A stretch of DNA of 64,000 bases from Bacteroidota bacterium (GTDB lineage Bacteria; Bacteroidota; Bacteroidia; UKL13-3), in contig CANLPK010000004.1 in NCBI GenBank assembly GCA_947492885.1, positions 771-64,770 of the forward strand. Reading direction: 5' to 3'. The notes beneath the pieces are model-generated. The model worked only from the letters and a program-made list of their open reading frames with translations, searched no databases and was not told where the DNA came from. Position numbers and translations under genes: made by a program. How positions within the stretch are numbered: the stretch's first letter is position 1; each line of letters begins with the position of its first letter. Below are positions 19,356 to 28,950 of this stretch, in pieces.

Positions 19356-19649
19356 TAGAATTGAATAACCTTTATTCTGTAACATTCCCATTTGAATGGT
19401 TGTACAACCTTACATGCTATACTAAATTGTATCGAGAGATGTATGCGAAGAAAAACTAAAACAACAATTTTCTCATTATGCCAAGGTGCGAACCGAATAT
19501 GCTCCCTTTAGACAAATACAAGTAAAGAATTTAGGTGGAGTGATGCCATGATCCGTGATGGTGATGATTGAGATACAGATTTCAATACATGTATCACTTG
19601 TAAAGAGGCAGCTATCATAACTTTCAAAAATGCCTTCGACGAGTCATTT

Positions 19650-21488
19650 TCAGGACAACGGAGGTGTGAAATAATCTTTCACCAACTTGGCCTTCGCCTT
19701 TCCAATAATATTTTCGAGCAACTCCAAAGGAGCTTCCTTTATTTTCTTAACCGATTTCAGTTCTCGAAGCAATTGCTCTGCAGTTTCAGGACCAATGCCT
19801 TTAATGGCTTCCAATTCATTTTTCAACGTCCCCTTATCTCTTCGATTACGATGATGGGTAATTCCGAAGCGATGCACCTCATCACGCATCTGTTGGATGA
19901 TACGCAAGGTCTCACTCTTCTTATCAATATATAATGGAAATGGATCTTCAGGATAATAAATCTCTTCCAATCGTTTGGCGATGCCTACCACAGCAATCTG
20001 ACCATACAATCCCAAATCCTTCAAAGCCTGAATGGCACTGCTTAATTGGCCTTTGCCCCCATCCACTACAATGAGTTGTGGAAATGGTTCTTGCTCATCG
20101 CGCAGTCGGCGATAACGTCTTGTAATGACTTCGTACATGGTAGCAAAGTCGTCTGGGCCTTCTACGGTTTGTACATTATAATGACGGTAATCTTTTTTGC
20201 TTGGCTTGCCATCTCTAAAACATACCATCGCACTCACTGGGTAGGCTCCTTGAAAATTGGAGTTATCAAAACACTCAATATGCCTTGGCAATTCTTTCAA
20301 GCGCAAATCGTCGCGCATGATGCCAAGCAAGCGGTCGACGCGCACTTCTGGATTGAGCTTTTCATATTGCTCTAGTCGGTCGCGCTTATAATACATCGCA
20401 TTCTTTAAACTTAAATCGAGTAGCTTTTTCTTTTCACCAGCTTTAGGTATGAGTAATGTAAATGATGGGTCGCTCAATTCTAAATCAATGGGCACGATAA
20501 TTTCACGAGCATCACTTTTATAAGTGCTTCGAATCTCTGCGATTGCCATCTCTAAAATCTCTGGACCACTTTCATCGAGCATCTTTTTATATTCAAGCGT
20601 CTTGGTTTGAATAATCATTCCATTCACCACTTTGAGAAAATTCACAAATGCATATTTCTCATCCTCCGCAATACTAAATACATCCACATTGGTAATGCTA
20701 TTGCTTACGATAGTCGATTTGCTTTGATAGTTTTCTAATGTATCCAACTTGTATTTCATGCGCGCCGCTTCTTCAAAATTCAAGGCAGTGCTTGCTGCAA
20801 CCATCTGTTGTTTCAAAACCGAAATAACGCTACCAATATTTCCTTTTAGTATATCACGAATCTGTACAATGGCAAACATATATTCCTCCTCCGATTGGGC
20901 GCCAACACATGGGCCTTTACAATTACCTATATGATATTCCAAACACACTTTAAACTTGTGTGCCTTAATATTCGCTTCGCTTAAAACCAAATTGCAATTG
21001 CGTGTTGGAATGGTGGTACGAATCATATCCAAGATGGTATGCATCATCGAGATATTGGCATATGGACCAAAATATTCTGATCCATCCTTCACCCGATTTC
21101 TGGTAGGATAAAACTTAGGGAAACGTTCGTTGGTTACTTTAATTGAGGGATAGGTTTTATCATCCTTCAGATTAATATTAAATTTGGGTTGGTGCTTTTT
21201 TATGAGAGAGTTTTCCAGAAGCAATGCATCAATCTCACTATCCACAATAGTTATTTCAATATTCTCAATTTTACTTACGAGCATGGCCGTCTTCCGATTA
21301 TCGTGAAGTTTATTAAAATAACTACTGACCCGCTTCTTCAAATTCTTTGCTTTCCCAATATAAATTATCTTGCGCTCCCCATCGAAATACTTATATATAC
21401 CCGGGTTGTCGGGTAAATTTTTCAGAATGGTTTGAAGATGTTCAGAACGCTCGGGAGTACTCAAGGTTTTAAAAGAAAATAAGGACAC
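19650..21488 (-). CDS. uvrC: excinuclease ABC subunit C
   Basis: 612 aa. GIY-YIG motif (PGIYKYFD...IIYIGKAKNLKKRVSSY), a UvrBC domain and a C-terminal HhH. Confidence 0.92.
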   Translation of the reverse strand: MSLFSFKTLSTPERSEHLQTILKNLPDNPGIYKYFDGERKIIYIGKAKNLKKRVSSYFNKLHDNRKTAMLVSKIENIEITIVDSEIDALLLENSLIKKHQPKFNINLKDDKTYPSIKVTNERFPKFYPTRNRVKDGSEYFGPYANISMMHTILDMIRTTIPTRNCNLVLSEANIKAHKFKVCLEYHIGNCKGPCVGAQSEEEYMFAIVQIRDILKGNIGSVISVLKQQMVAASTALNFEEAARMKYKLDTLENYQSKSTIVSNSITNVDVFSIAEDEKYAFVNFLKVVNGMIIQTKTLEYKKMLDESGPEILEMAIAEIRSTYKSDAREIIVPIDLELSDPSFTLLIPKAGEKKKLLDLSLKNAMYYKRDRLEQYEKLNPEVRVDRLLGIMRDDLRLKELPRHIECFDNSNFQGAYPVSAMVCFRDGKPSKKDYRHYNVQTVEGPDDFATMYEVITRRYRRLRDEQEPFPQLIVVDGGKGQLSSAIQALKDLGLYGQIAVVGIAKRLEEIYYPEDPFPLYIDKKSETLRIIQQMRDEVHRFGITHHRNRRDKGTLKNELEAIKGIGPETAEQLLRELKSVKKIKEAPLELLENIIGKAKAKLVKDYFTPPLS

Positions 21489-21532
21489 GAAGATAAAAAT
21501 AAAAGAGTTGGTTGAGAAGAATAAACCATGTT

Positions 21533-21540
21533 CAAATGTA
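21533..21540 (-). promoter_or_regulatory. -7 box TACATTTG (minus strand) upstream of uvrC
   Basis: Exact TAnnTTTG on the minus strand, 45 nt before the uvrC ATG. Confidence 0.4.
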
Positions 21541-21619
21541 ACTCCTAAAATTAATCGATTGGTTTAAAGTGAGGCGCAAAAGAATATCTATACTTTGCAT
21601 CCTTGCATCCAAATTTTTC

Positions 21620-21627
21620 TATCTTTG
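21620..21627 (+). promoter_or_regulatory. -7 box TATCTTTG upstream of the GNAT gene
   Basis: Exact TAnnTTTG ending 1 nt before the first ATG (21629). This favours the second ATG (21641) as the start. Confidence 0.4.
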
Positions 21628-21640
21628 AATGCCAATAATT

Positions 21641-22474
21641 ATGCAACGCATCTCCTATTCACAAGCATCCGAATACCTTGCAGCTACCCAACAGTGGCTG
21701 ATTGAGAAGGAGCTTGAGCATAATTTAATATTGGGGATTTCAAATGCCATTATCGCATCAGGAGAAAGCAATCCCAATCATGTTTTTGTCAACGTAATTG
21801 AAAATCAACAAGTATTGGCTTCTTCCATGAAGACGGCTTCAAGAGCCATTATTGCGAACTTTTCAAAAGATGATGAAGCTATTAAAATGCTCGCTGAATA
21901 TTATCAGGAAATTTCTATGGCCTTGGATGGCGTGGTTGGCGAACAGTCCATAGCTAAGGCCTTCTCAAAATATTATGGTAAAGATCAAATAGCTGAAACA
22001 GGACTCTTGGTTCATCAATTACATTCTTTGAACCCAATCAAATTTGCACATGGAGAAATGAACGTGGCCACACAAGACCATTTTAATTTTGTATGTGGAT
22101 GGACGCATAAATTCGAAAGAGATGCATTGATTGACCCGCCTAAAAGCAAGGAAGAAATTGCAAGAAGCACCCAACGCTGGATAGATGCTGGTCAGATATT
22201 TTTTTGGGTCATTGATGAGGTCATTGTTAGTATGGCCGCTATCGTTAGAACTACTGCCCATGTTGGAATTGTAGGCTTGGTATATACCCCTGCATCCCTG
22301 CGTGGCAATGGATACGCAACAGCCTTGGTACATGCTGTAAGCGAAACCATCCTTAAACAAGGATTTGCTTCTTGTGGGTTGTTTACCGAAAAAGCCAATC
22401 CAACATCGAATAAAATTTACCATCGTATTGGTTACGTACCCATCGCCGAATTTTCGGAGATTACCTTCCTCTAA
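21641..22474 (+). CDS. GNAT-family N-acetyltransferase
   Basis: About 277 aa. The C-terminal acetyl-CoA motif region is VYTPASLRGNGYATALVHAV. The alternative start is 21629. Confidence 0.65.
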   Translation: MQRISYSQASEYLAATQQWLIEKELEHNLILGISNAIIASGESNPNHVFVNVIENQQVLASSMKTASRAIIANFSKDDEAIKMLAEYYQEISMALDGVVGEQSIAKAFSKYYGKDQIAETGLLVHQLHSLNPIKFAHGEMNVATQDHFNFVCGWTHKFERDALIDPPKSKEEIARSTQRWIDAGQIFFWVIDEVIVSMAAIVRTTAHVGIVGLVYTPASLRGNGYATALVHAVSETILKQGFASCGLFTEKANPTSNKIYHRIGYVPIAEFSEITFL

Positions 22475-22694
22475 AATTTTAATATCTTTCATTTTTTAAT
22501 TGCTGTAAAAGCATCTCAAAATAAATTTTGCGTAACCAATTTATTGCATCGGGCAAAAAAACCAAAGTAGAAATAGCACTTTCATATAGCGATTTAGCCC
22601 AACTACAAAGACATTTAGAAATGGGCTTCGAAGCTGGATTCGATATAGCCTTGAACACTTTCGAAGGAATTATCTGATTTTATAATTTTGTAGG

Positions 22695-22928
22695 ATGCCA
22701 TTTCAAGCCTACCTCGAGAATATCGAAGCCAAGACTGGCAAGGATATCAACGAATTTAAAAAAAATGCAGAACAAAGAGAATTTCTTCAATAAGGAAAGT
22801 TGAACCTAGAAGTGAAAGCCGGTGCCATCGTGGCATGGCTGAAGGAACATTTCAATTTGGATCATGGTCATTGCATGGCCATCTTTGCAGCCTTCAAAGG
22901 GAAGAAAGAACAACAGCAACTTCTGTAA
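22695..22928 (+). pseudogene. DUF4287-family gene interrupted by an in-frame TAA (22791-22793)
   Basis: MPFQAYLENIEAKTGKDINEFKKNAEQREFLQ*GKLNLEVKAGAIVAWLKEHFNLDHGHCMAIF... is colinear with DUF4287 on both sides of the stop. Confidence 0.7.
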
Positions 22929-22962
22929 ATTTTTTCTCGACCATTTCTATTACCTTCGAATC

Positions 22963-23448
22963 ATGGCAACATTATTCGAACGCATGATACAATTGGCTGA
23001 TGAAGTATTTGAGGTAAAGCACGACCCCAACCAATTGGATGTGAATGAAGCCGTGATTCAACGATTGCTTCAAATTCATCCAGCCACAGTTTCTGAGTAT
23101 AATGAAGGAGAAGGACCTGCGGCATGGGTACTTATTTTTCCAACCAACGCTGAATTGATGCATTCGTTTTTGAAGGGAAAAATTTCTGAAAAAGAATTAT
23201 TCGAACAAACTCCAATAGGTGTCTCCTACGATTGTATCTACCTTTGTTCGGCATTGGTATTGGAAGAATATCGCCGACAAGGAATTGTAAAAAATCTGAG
23301 CACACTTTCAATTCAAAGTATTTGCAAAGTCCATCCCATTGAGCATCTTTTTGTTTGGGCTTTTAGTGCTGTAGGGGATCAATGTGCTACACAAATTGCG
23401 AAACGAGCTTCCTTGCCTTTATTAAGAAGAGAAAATCCAAAACACTAA
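22963..23448 (+). CDS. hypothetical protein (possible GNAT-like fold)
   Basis: 161 aa from MATLFERMIQ. EEYRRQGIVKNL resembles a GNAT motif A. Its stop overlaps the next start (TAATG). Confidence 0.4.
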   Translation: MATLFERMIQLADEVFEVKHDPNQLDVNEAVIQRLLQIHPATVSEYNEGEGPAAWVLIFPTNAELMHSFLKGKISEKELFEQTPIGVSYDCIYLCSALVLEEYRRQGIVKNLSTLSIQSICKVHPIEHLFVWAFSAVGDQCATQIAKRASLPLLRRENPKH

Positions 23449-24974
23449 TGTCTAAATATTATTTATTGTTGCTAATCTTATTGGCCGCCTGCGGAACCAA
23501 CCCTGGTGCCTTGCCCGAGCAACCCGTTGACTTCTGCACCAGTATTCATCGCAACGATTCAATAAGCTTAACCAAGGAGCTTGAGCCATTTGTAGAGCAG
23601 ATGAAAACAAAAACGGGTGTCTATGTATTGGAAGATGGTGGCAATTCCATGATTGCACGTGCATGGCTCTCTGAGTATGCCGAGAAAACAATCGATATAC
23701 AATACTTCATTTTCTCAACCGACAACGTAGGACTAATTGCCTGCGACTACCTTGTACGTGCCGCCGATAGGGGGGTTAAGGTTCGTATCCTCATCGATGA
23801 TATTATGGTAGAAGCTGGAATTCATGATTTGCTTACCCTGGATTCACATAAAAATATTGAAATTAAAATTTATAATCCCGGAGTGAATTTGGGCAAAAAT
23901 ATTTTTGATAAACTAAAAAAATATGCCACCTCTTATAGCAATGCCAATCAGCGCATGCATAATAAAACATTTACAGTTGATGGGAAAGTTGTCATCACTG
24001 GTGGCCGAAATATTGCCGATGAATATTTTGATTATGACCATGAATATAATTTTCGTGATCGTGATGTATTGTTGTTAGGCAAGGCCACCGAAACAGTAAA
24101 AAACTCATTTGAAAGTTTTTGGAGTAGTTGGCTCTCAGTGGATGTGACAAAACTTATTTCGGAAGAAGACCAACAAACCGAGGACTCCACTCGCTTTGAG
24201 CGCTTGCATCGCTATGCATGTAATCCTGAAAATTTTTGGCCACAGGTTCGTAAACGTATAGAAACATTACCTGCTACATTTCAAAAAATTCGTGAATCGG
24301 GCGAATTGCTATGGTTAGATAGCGTAAACTTTGTATCGGATATTCCTGGAAAAAATGATGGAAGCAAAGGCCTCAATGGTGGTGGCGTTTGTACCGATGC
24401 TTTGATTGCCCTCGTTAATAATGCACAATCCTCCATCGATATTCAATCGCCCTATTTAATTACCACCGAATTGAGCCGAGCCCTATTTAATGCCGCTACC
24501 CAGCGGGGTGTAAAAATCCGCATCCTCACCAATAGCCTGTCTTCAACCGATAACTTAGAAGCCTTTAGCGGTTATAAGCGCGATCGGAAGGCACTTCTTG
24601 AAACAGGAGTGCGTATCTTTGAATTCAGGCCCGATGCTGCCGAGCGTTTTCGAATTATGACAGGAGCCTTGCAAGAGAAATTAAACTATTCTCCAATCTT
24701 TGGATTGCATGCCAAGTCAATGGTTATCGATGGTAAAATTACTGTGATTGGTACGTTTAACCTCGACCCACGCAGTGCTAACTTGAATACCGAATGTGTA
24801 GCAGTAATCTATTCCAATGCCATTGCAGCCAGTGTGGGCCAGGGAATGGAAGAAGAATTCAAAGCCGAGAACTCCTGGGAAACCACCCTGGATAAGAATC
24901 CCGACGAAGAAGCAGGGAAAATGAAACGACTCAAAACGATGACTCGTAGGGTAGTACCCAAAAATATTTTATAG
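23448..24974 (+). CDS. phospholipase D-family lipoprotein (two HKD motifs)
   Basis: Lipobox LLAACG, with HKD motifs HNKTFTVDG and HAKSMVIDG. Confidence 0.85.
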   Translation: MSKYYLLLLILLAACGTNPGALPEQPVDFCTSIHRNDSISLTKELEPFVEQMKTKTGVYVLEDGGNSMIARAWLSEYAEKTIDIQYFIFSTDNVGLIACDYLVRAADRGVKVRILIDDIMVEAGIHDLLTLDSHKNIEIKIYNPGVNLGKNIFDKLKKYATSYSNANQRMHNKTFTVDGKVVITGGRNIADEYFDYDHEYNFRDRDVLLLGKATETVKNSFESFWSSWLSVDVTKLISEEDQQTEDSTRFERLHRYACNPENFWPQVRKRIETLPATFQKIRESGELLWLDSVNFVSDIPGKNDGSKGLNGGGVCTDALIALVNNAQSSIDIQSPYLITTELSRALFNAATQRGVKIRILTNSLSSTDNLEAFSGYKRDRKALLETGVRIFEFRPDAAERFRIMTGALQEKLNYSPIFGLHAKSMVIDGKITVIGTFNLDPRSANLNTECVAVIYSNAIAASVGQGMEEEFKAENSWETTLDKNPDEEAGKMKRLKTMTRRVVPKNIL

Positions 24975-25045
24975 TCAGGTTATCAGCTACCTACGCAGGC
25001 ATACCCGATTCTACGTTCGATTGCTTATTTTCGCATTTTTATCCC

Positions 25046-26044
25046 ATGGAAAATCAATCGTATTCATTTAACTTTATCAATTTGCTTAAGTTTCTAGTTC
25101 GCTGGTACAAGCATCTTTTAATTATCACGCTTATTGCTGGCATCCTCACATTTATCGTATGTAAGTTTGTTATTACCCCGCAATATCAGAGCTCCGTGGT
25201 GTTTTACCCAAGTACGAATAACTCCATCTCCAATGCTTTGCTTCCCGGTATTACAGGTAAGGAGCGCGATGTGCTTGCCTTTGGAGCCGAAGAAGAGGCG
25301 GAGCAGTTATTGCAACTCCTCAAATCGGAGAAATTAAAATGGGATATCATCGGTCGTTTCGATTTGATGAACCACTACAAGCTCGATGCTTCCCAAAAAA
25401 ATGTATATACCAAACTTAGTAAAGCATTTGATGCCAATGTAAGCTATCGACGTACCGAGTATGCTTCACTTGAAATTGGGGTAACCGATGAGGACCCACA
25501 AATGGCTGCGAATATGGCCAATGGAATCGCCGACATGCTCGATACCGTGAAGATGAATATCCAACGCGAATGGGCATTAAAAGCTTTGAAAATTGTAGAA
25601 GAACAATACGAAAATAAAAAGAAACAAATTCAAATCATACAAGATTCGTTGAAGTCGCTAGCGGCATTGGGAGTATATAACTTCGAAGAGCAAAGCCGTG
25701 GTTTGGCAGAGAAAGGCTCGAATGCTGACCCACGCACGGTGGAGGCATTGCAAAAATATGGCGCAATTCAATTCTCATTCCAAGAGCGATTGAAACTCGA
25801 GAGTGAAGCCCTGGGTGATTTGCAAACCAAATACGAAAAAGTAAAAATTGATGCCGAACAATTCTTACCATGTAAATTTGTTGTAAACAGCGCAGGAAAA
25901 TCGGAAGAAAAAGTTTACCCTCGTACCATCATCACTACATTGGCCATGATGATGACTACCTTCTTTATGTGTTTATTGGTTTTGATTGCCTTCGATTATT
26001 TCAAGAAAAATAATATCATCGCTCAGGTTAACGCCAATGAGTAA
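25046..26044 (+). CDS. Wzz-like polysaccharide chain-length determinant protein
   Basis: N-terminal TM followed by PQYQSSVVFYPS, a long coiled-coil middle and a C-terminal TM. Confidence 0.6.
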   Translation: MENQSYSFNFINLLKFLVRWYKHLLIITLIAGILTFIVCKFVITPQYQSSVVFYPSTNNSISNALLPGITGKERDVLAFGAEEEAEQLLQLLKSEKLKWDIIGRFDLMNHYKLDASQKNVYTKLSKAFDANVSYRRTEYASLEIGVTDEDPQMAANMANGIADMLDTVKMNIQREWALKALKIVEEQYENKKKQIQIIQDSLKSLAALGVYNFEEQSRGLAEKGSNADPRTVEALQKYGAIQFSFQERLKLESEALGDLQTKYEKVKIDAEQFLPCKFVVNSAGKSEEKVYPRTIITTLAMMMTTFFMCLLVLIAFDYFKKNNIIAQVNANE

Positions 26045-27506
26045 TCATTCTTTTTTACCTACTTCCCTTAATCTAAAATGGTTCTATGGCCTAGGACTCG
26101 CATTCATTTTGCTGAGTTTGGCTGGACTGCTTTATTTTGAATTTGAAGTAGGCATGGTATTTCCTATTGTTCTGGCCATTGTTTTGGTGGCCATTTTAAG
26201 AAGCGATATTTTAATACTTGTCATCACCTTTTTAGTACCCCTTTCCATCAGCATTAAAGATATTGGAGAAGGAACAGGTTTTGGGATGAACTTTCCATCG
26301 GAACCAATCACGTTTGTGTTGATGGTAGGCACTTGGATTAAATTTTTTATCGATGGACAAATTGACCGAAGGATTTTAAAACATCCACTCACCAAAGGAA
26401 TTTTATTTTATTTGGGATGGATTTTATTTACTGCCATCTTCAGTACCCGCTTCGAAGTAAGCATCAAATTCTTCATCAACAAGCTTTGGATTATCACCGT
26501 ATTTTATTTTTTAGCTGCGCAATTATTTTCAAAAACCATAAATATAAAACGATTTTTATGGTGCTATATGGTGCCCATGATTGGCATTGTGGTATATACC
26601 ATGATCAATCATAGTCAGTTTAATTTTCTGCAGAAAGATGCGTATTGGGTATCCAAACCTTTCTATATCGACCATGGAGTTTATGCAGCCTCTATGGCCT
26701 TTTTTGTGCCTGTGCTTATAGGATTTTTAGCCTATAGTGGCACATTCCGTTTCAGCAATTTTATGCGATTCGTCATCGGCTTGTTTCTCGTAATTCTGAT
26801 TATGGGTGTGGTACTTTCATTCACTCGTGCCACTTGGGTTAGTTTGGTTGCAGCTGGTATTTTTTTTATTGCCCTCCTACTGAAAATGAAATTGCGCAAC
26901 ATCATTATTATCGGTGCATTTAGTGCATTTATCTACCTTAATTATAAGGAGCAAATTAGCATGGTGCTCCGCGATAATAAGCAAGATAGTGCCAATGATT
27001 TTGGTGGACATGTGAAAAGTATTTACAATGTAAGTACCGATGATAGTAACCTAGAGCGTATCAATCGCTGGCATGCAGCATTACGCATGTGGAAAGAGAA
27101 ACCCATACTGGGCTGGGGACCAGGGGTTTATAAATTTGAATATGCCCCGTATCAAGTATCCTTTGAGAAAACAAAAATCAGTACCAATTTTGGGATTGGA
27201 GGAAATAGTCATAGCGAATATGTCGGGCCATTATGTGAAACCGGTTTCATTGGCCTAGGATCGTTCTTATTGGTTATTATTTTATTTACATCTACAGGGA
27301 TGCGATTTATTTATCATACCAAAAACAAGGAACATAAAATCATTGCCACCTGTTTACTGCTGGGCTTAACTACCTACTTTGTGCATGGCTTTCTTAATAA
27401 CTACAGCGACAGCGATAAAGTAGGTGTTATGATTTGGGGCTTTATGGCCGGGTTGGTTGCCTTAGAATTACAGGAAAAGAAGAGCGCGGAAGGGTTGGAA
27501 TCATAG
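26037..27506 (+). CDS. O-antigen ligase/polymerase-family (Wzy_C) membrane protein
   Basis: Polytopic. The Wzy_C-like loop FTRATWVSLVAAG...ERINRWHAALRMWKEKPILGWGPG is present. The ATG overlaps the upstream stop. Confidence 0.7.
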   Translation: MSNHSFLPTSLNLKWFYGLGLAFILLSLAGLLYFEFEVGMVFPIVLAIVLVAILRSDILILVITFLVPLSISIKDIGEGTGFGMNFPSEPITFVLMVGTWIKFFIDGQIDRRILKHPLTKGILFYLGWILFTAIFSTRFEVSIKFFINKLWIITVFYFLAAQLFSKTINIKRFLWCYMVPMIGIVVYTMINHSQFNFLQKDAYWVSKPFYIDHGVYAASMAFFVPVLIGFLAYSGTFRFSNFMRFVIGLFLVILIMGVVLSFTRATWVSLVAAGIFFIALLLKMKLRNIIIIGAFSAFIYLNYKEQISMVLRDNKQDSANDFGGHVKSIYNVSTDDSNLERINRWHAALRMWKEKPILGWGPGVYKFEYAPYQVSFEKTKISTNFGIGGNSHSEYVGPLCETGFIGLGSFLLVIILFTSTGMRFIYHTKNKEHKIIATCLLLGLTTYFVHGFLNNYSDSDKVGVMIWGFMAGLVALELQEKKSAEGLES

Positions 27507-27642
27507 GCATCTTATTATTCCATTTTAGTAAATAATTTTTTAATTAGATAATCCACTTGCCATTTGATTTGGTAGCCAAGAGGTAGCACCTGCCCCAATA
27601 ATTACGCAAAAATTTTATGCTTCAACATTCCTAACTTACTTT

Positions 27643-27650
27643 TATATTTG
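27643..27650 (+). promoter_or_regulatory. -7 box TATATTTG upstream of the E2 gene
   Basis: Exact TAnnTTTG 28 nt before the ATG at 27679. Confidence 0.45.
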
Positions 27651-27678
27651 CGGTTCTCAAAAAAACATACAAAAAGCA

Positions 27679-28935
27679 ATGGCTGTAGTTATAAGAATGC
27701 CCAAAATGAGCGATACCATGACCGAAGGGGTTATCGTGGCATGGAACAAAAAAGAAGGTGATACGGTGAAAGTTGGTGATATCCTTGCCGATGTGGAAAC
27801 CGATAAAGCCACTATGGAATTGGAAAATTTCGAAAAAGGCACCCTTCTTCATATCGGTATTAAAGCTGGTCAGGCAGTTCCTATCGATGCCATCATCGCC
27901 GTAATTGGTGAGCCTGGAGAAGATTGGAAAGCGTTGCTCGATGCTCCTAAAACAGAAGCAACTAAAGAAACAACCCCTGCTGCCGTTACGCCAGCAGCGA
28001 CGAATACCCCTGCTGCAATAGCAACTCCCGCAACCCAAATAACCGTTGTGGCTGCACCAGCCCAAACCGCCGACGAAAGTCGTATTAAAGCCTCTCCTTT
28101 GGCCAAATCAATTGCCAAAGAAAAAGGAATTGCCTTAACACAAATTACAGGTAGTGGTGAAAATGGTCGTATCGTTAAACGCGACCTCGAAAATATTCAA
28201 TCGGGTAGCAGCACCCCAAGCAAGCAAGTTACAGTTACTGGAAACTTCATGGCCGAAAGCTATGAGGAAATTCCTGTATCGCAAATGCGCAAAACCATTG
28301 CCCGCCGATTACTCGAAAGCAAGAATGGTGCACCACATTTTTATCTTACCATCGATATCAACATGGATAAGGTATTGGAAAGCCGCAAGAGCATCAATGC
28401 CAATGGAGAGTTTAAAATATCGGTGAACGATTTCATTGTGAAAGCATCTGCTGAAGCACTCACCCGCCACCCCATGGTAAACAGTAGCTGGCTGGGCGAT
28501 AAAATTCGTATCAACCACCATGTAAATATTGGAATTGCTGTTGCAGTTGAAGATGGCTTGCTGGTTCCTGTTGTACGCTTCGCCAATGGCAAGAAATTAT
28601 CTCAGATAAGCAAAGAAGTAAAAGAGTTTGCTCAGAAAGCAAAAGATAAAAAACTACAACCATCCGATTGGGAAGGAAATACTTTCAGTATATCAAACTT
28701 AGGAATGTTTGGCATTGAAGAATTCACTGCCATCATCAATCCACCCGATGCATGTATCCTCGCCGTGGGAGCTACACGCGAAACAGTGATTGTAAGCAAT
28801 GGTAACTTTAAAGCAGCCAATATGATGAAAGTAACCATGAGTTGCGATCATCGTGTTGTTGATGGCGCTACCGGTGCAGCTTTCCTTAAAACATTAAAAG
28901 ATTTACTGGAAGATCCGATTCGTATTATTCTTTAA
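27679..28935 (+). CDS. 2-oxoacid (pyruvate) dehydrogenase E2, dihydrolipoamide acetyltransferase
   Basis: Lipoyl domain DVETDKATMELE, a P/A-rich linker, a subunit-binding domain SPLAKSIAKEKGI, and the catalytic SCDHRVVDGA. Confidence 0.9.
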   Translation: MAVVIRMPKMSDTMTEGVIVAWNKKEGDTVKVGDILADVETDKATMELENFEKGTLLHIGIKAGQAVPIDAIIAVIGEPGEDWKALLDAPKTEATKETTPAAVTPAATNTPAAIATPATQITVVAAPAQTADESRIKASPLAKSIAKEKGIALTQITGSGENGRIVKRDLENIQSGSSTPSKQVTVTGNFMAESYEEIPVSQMRKTIARRLLESKNGAPHFYLTIDINMDKVLESRKSINANGEFKISVNDFIVKASAEALTRHPMVNSSWLGDKIRINHHVNIGIAVAVEDGLLVPVVRFANGKKLSQISKEVKEFAQKAKDKKLQPSDWEGNTFSISNLGMFGIEEFTAIINPPDACILAVGATRETVIVSNGNFKAANMMKVTMSCDHRVVDGATGAAFLKTLKDLLEDPIRIIL

Positions 28936-28950
28936 GAGAATACTTACCCT

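Noticed and set aside
19356-19649. 294-nt gap between the C1 peptidase and uvrC, examined for a tRNA, a small ORF or a His-rich peptide (catcaccatcac on the minus strand).
   Set aside because: There is no cloverleaf-compatible sequence. The open frames lack start codons or are under 40 codons with no recognisable motif. It is most simply a convergent 3' spacer.
22528-22677. 49-codon TTG-initiated ORF (…KKTKVEIALSYSDLAQLQRHLEMGFEAGFDIALNTFEGII) just upstream of the broken DUF4287 gene.
   Set aside because: It matches no family I recognise, has a non-ATG start, and is too short to support. It could be a real small protein or a remnant, but the sequence alone does not justify a call.
14562-24974. 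SNF2 helicase plus a PLD-family protein in the same 10 kb, as a possible DISARM-like defence system.
   Set aside because: The two genes are about 6 kb apart, on opposite strands, and separated by uvrC and other housekeeping genes. The PLD has a lipoprotein signal, so it faces the envelope. No DUF1998, second helicase or methyltransferase genes are present.
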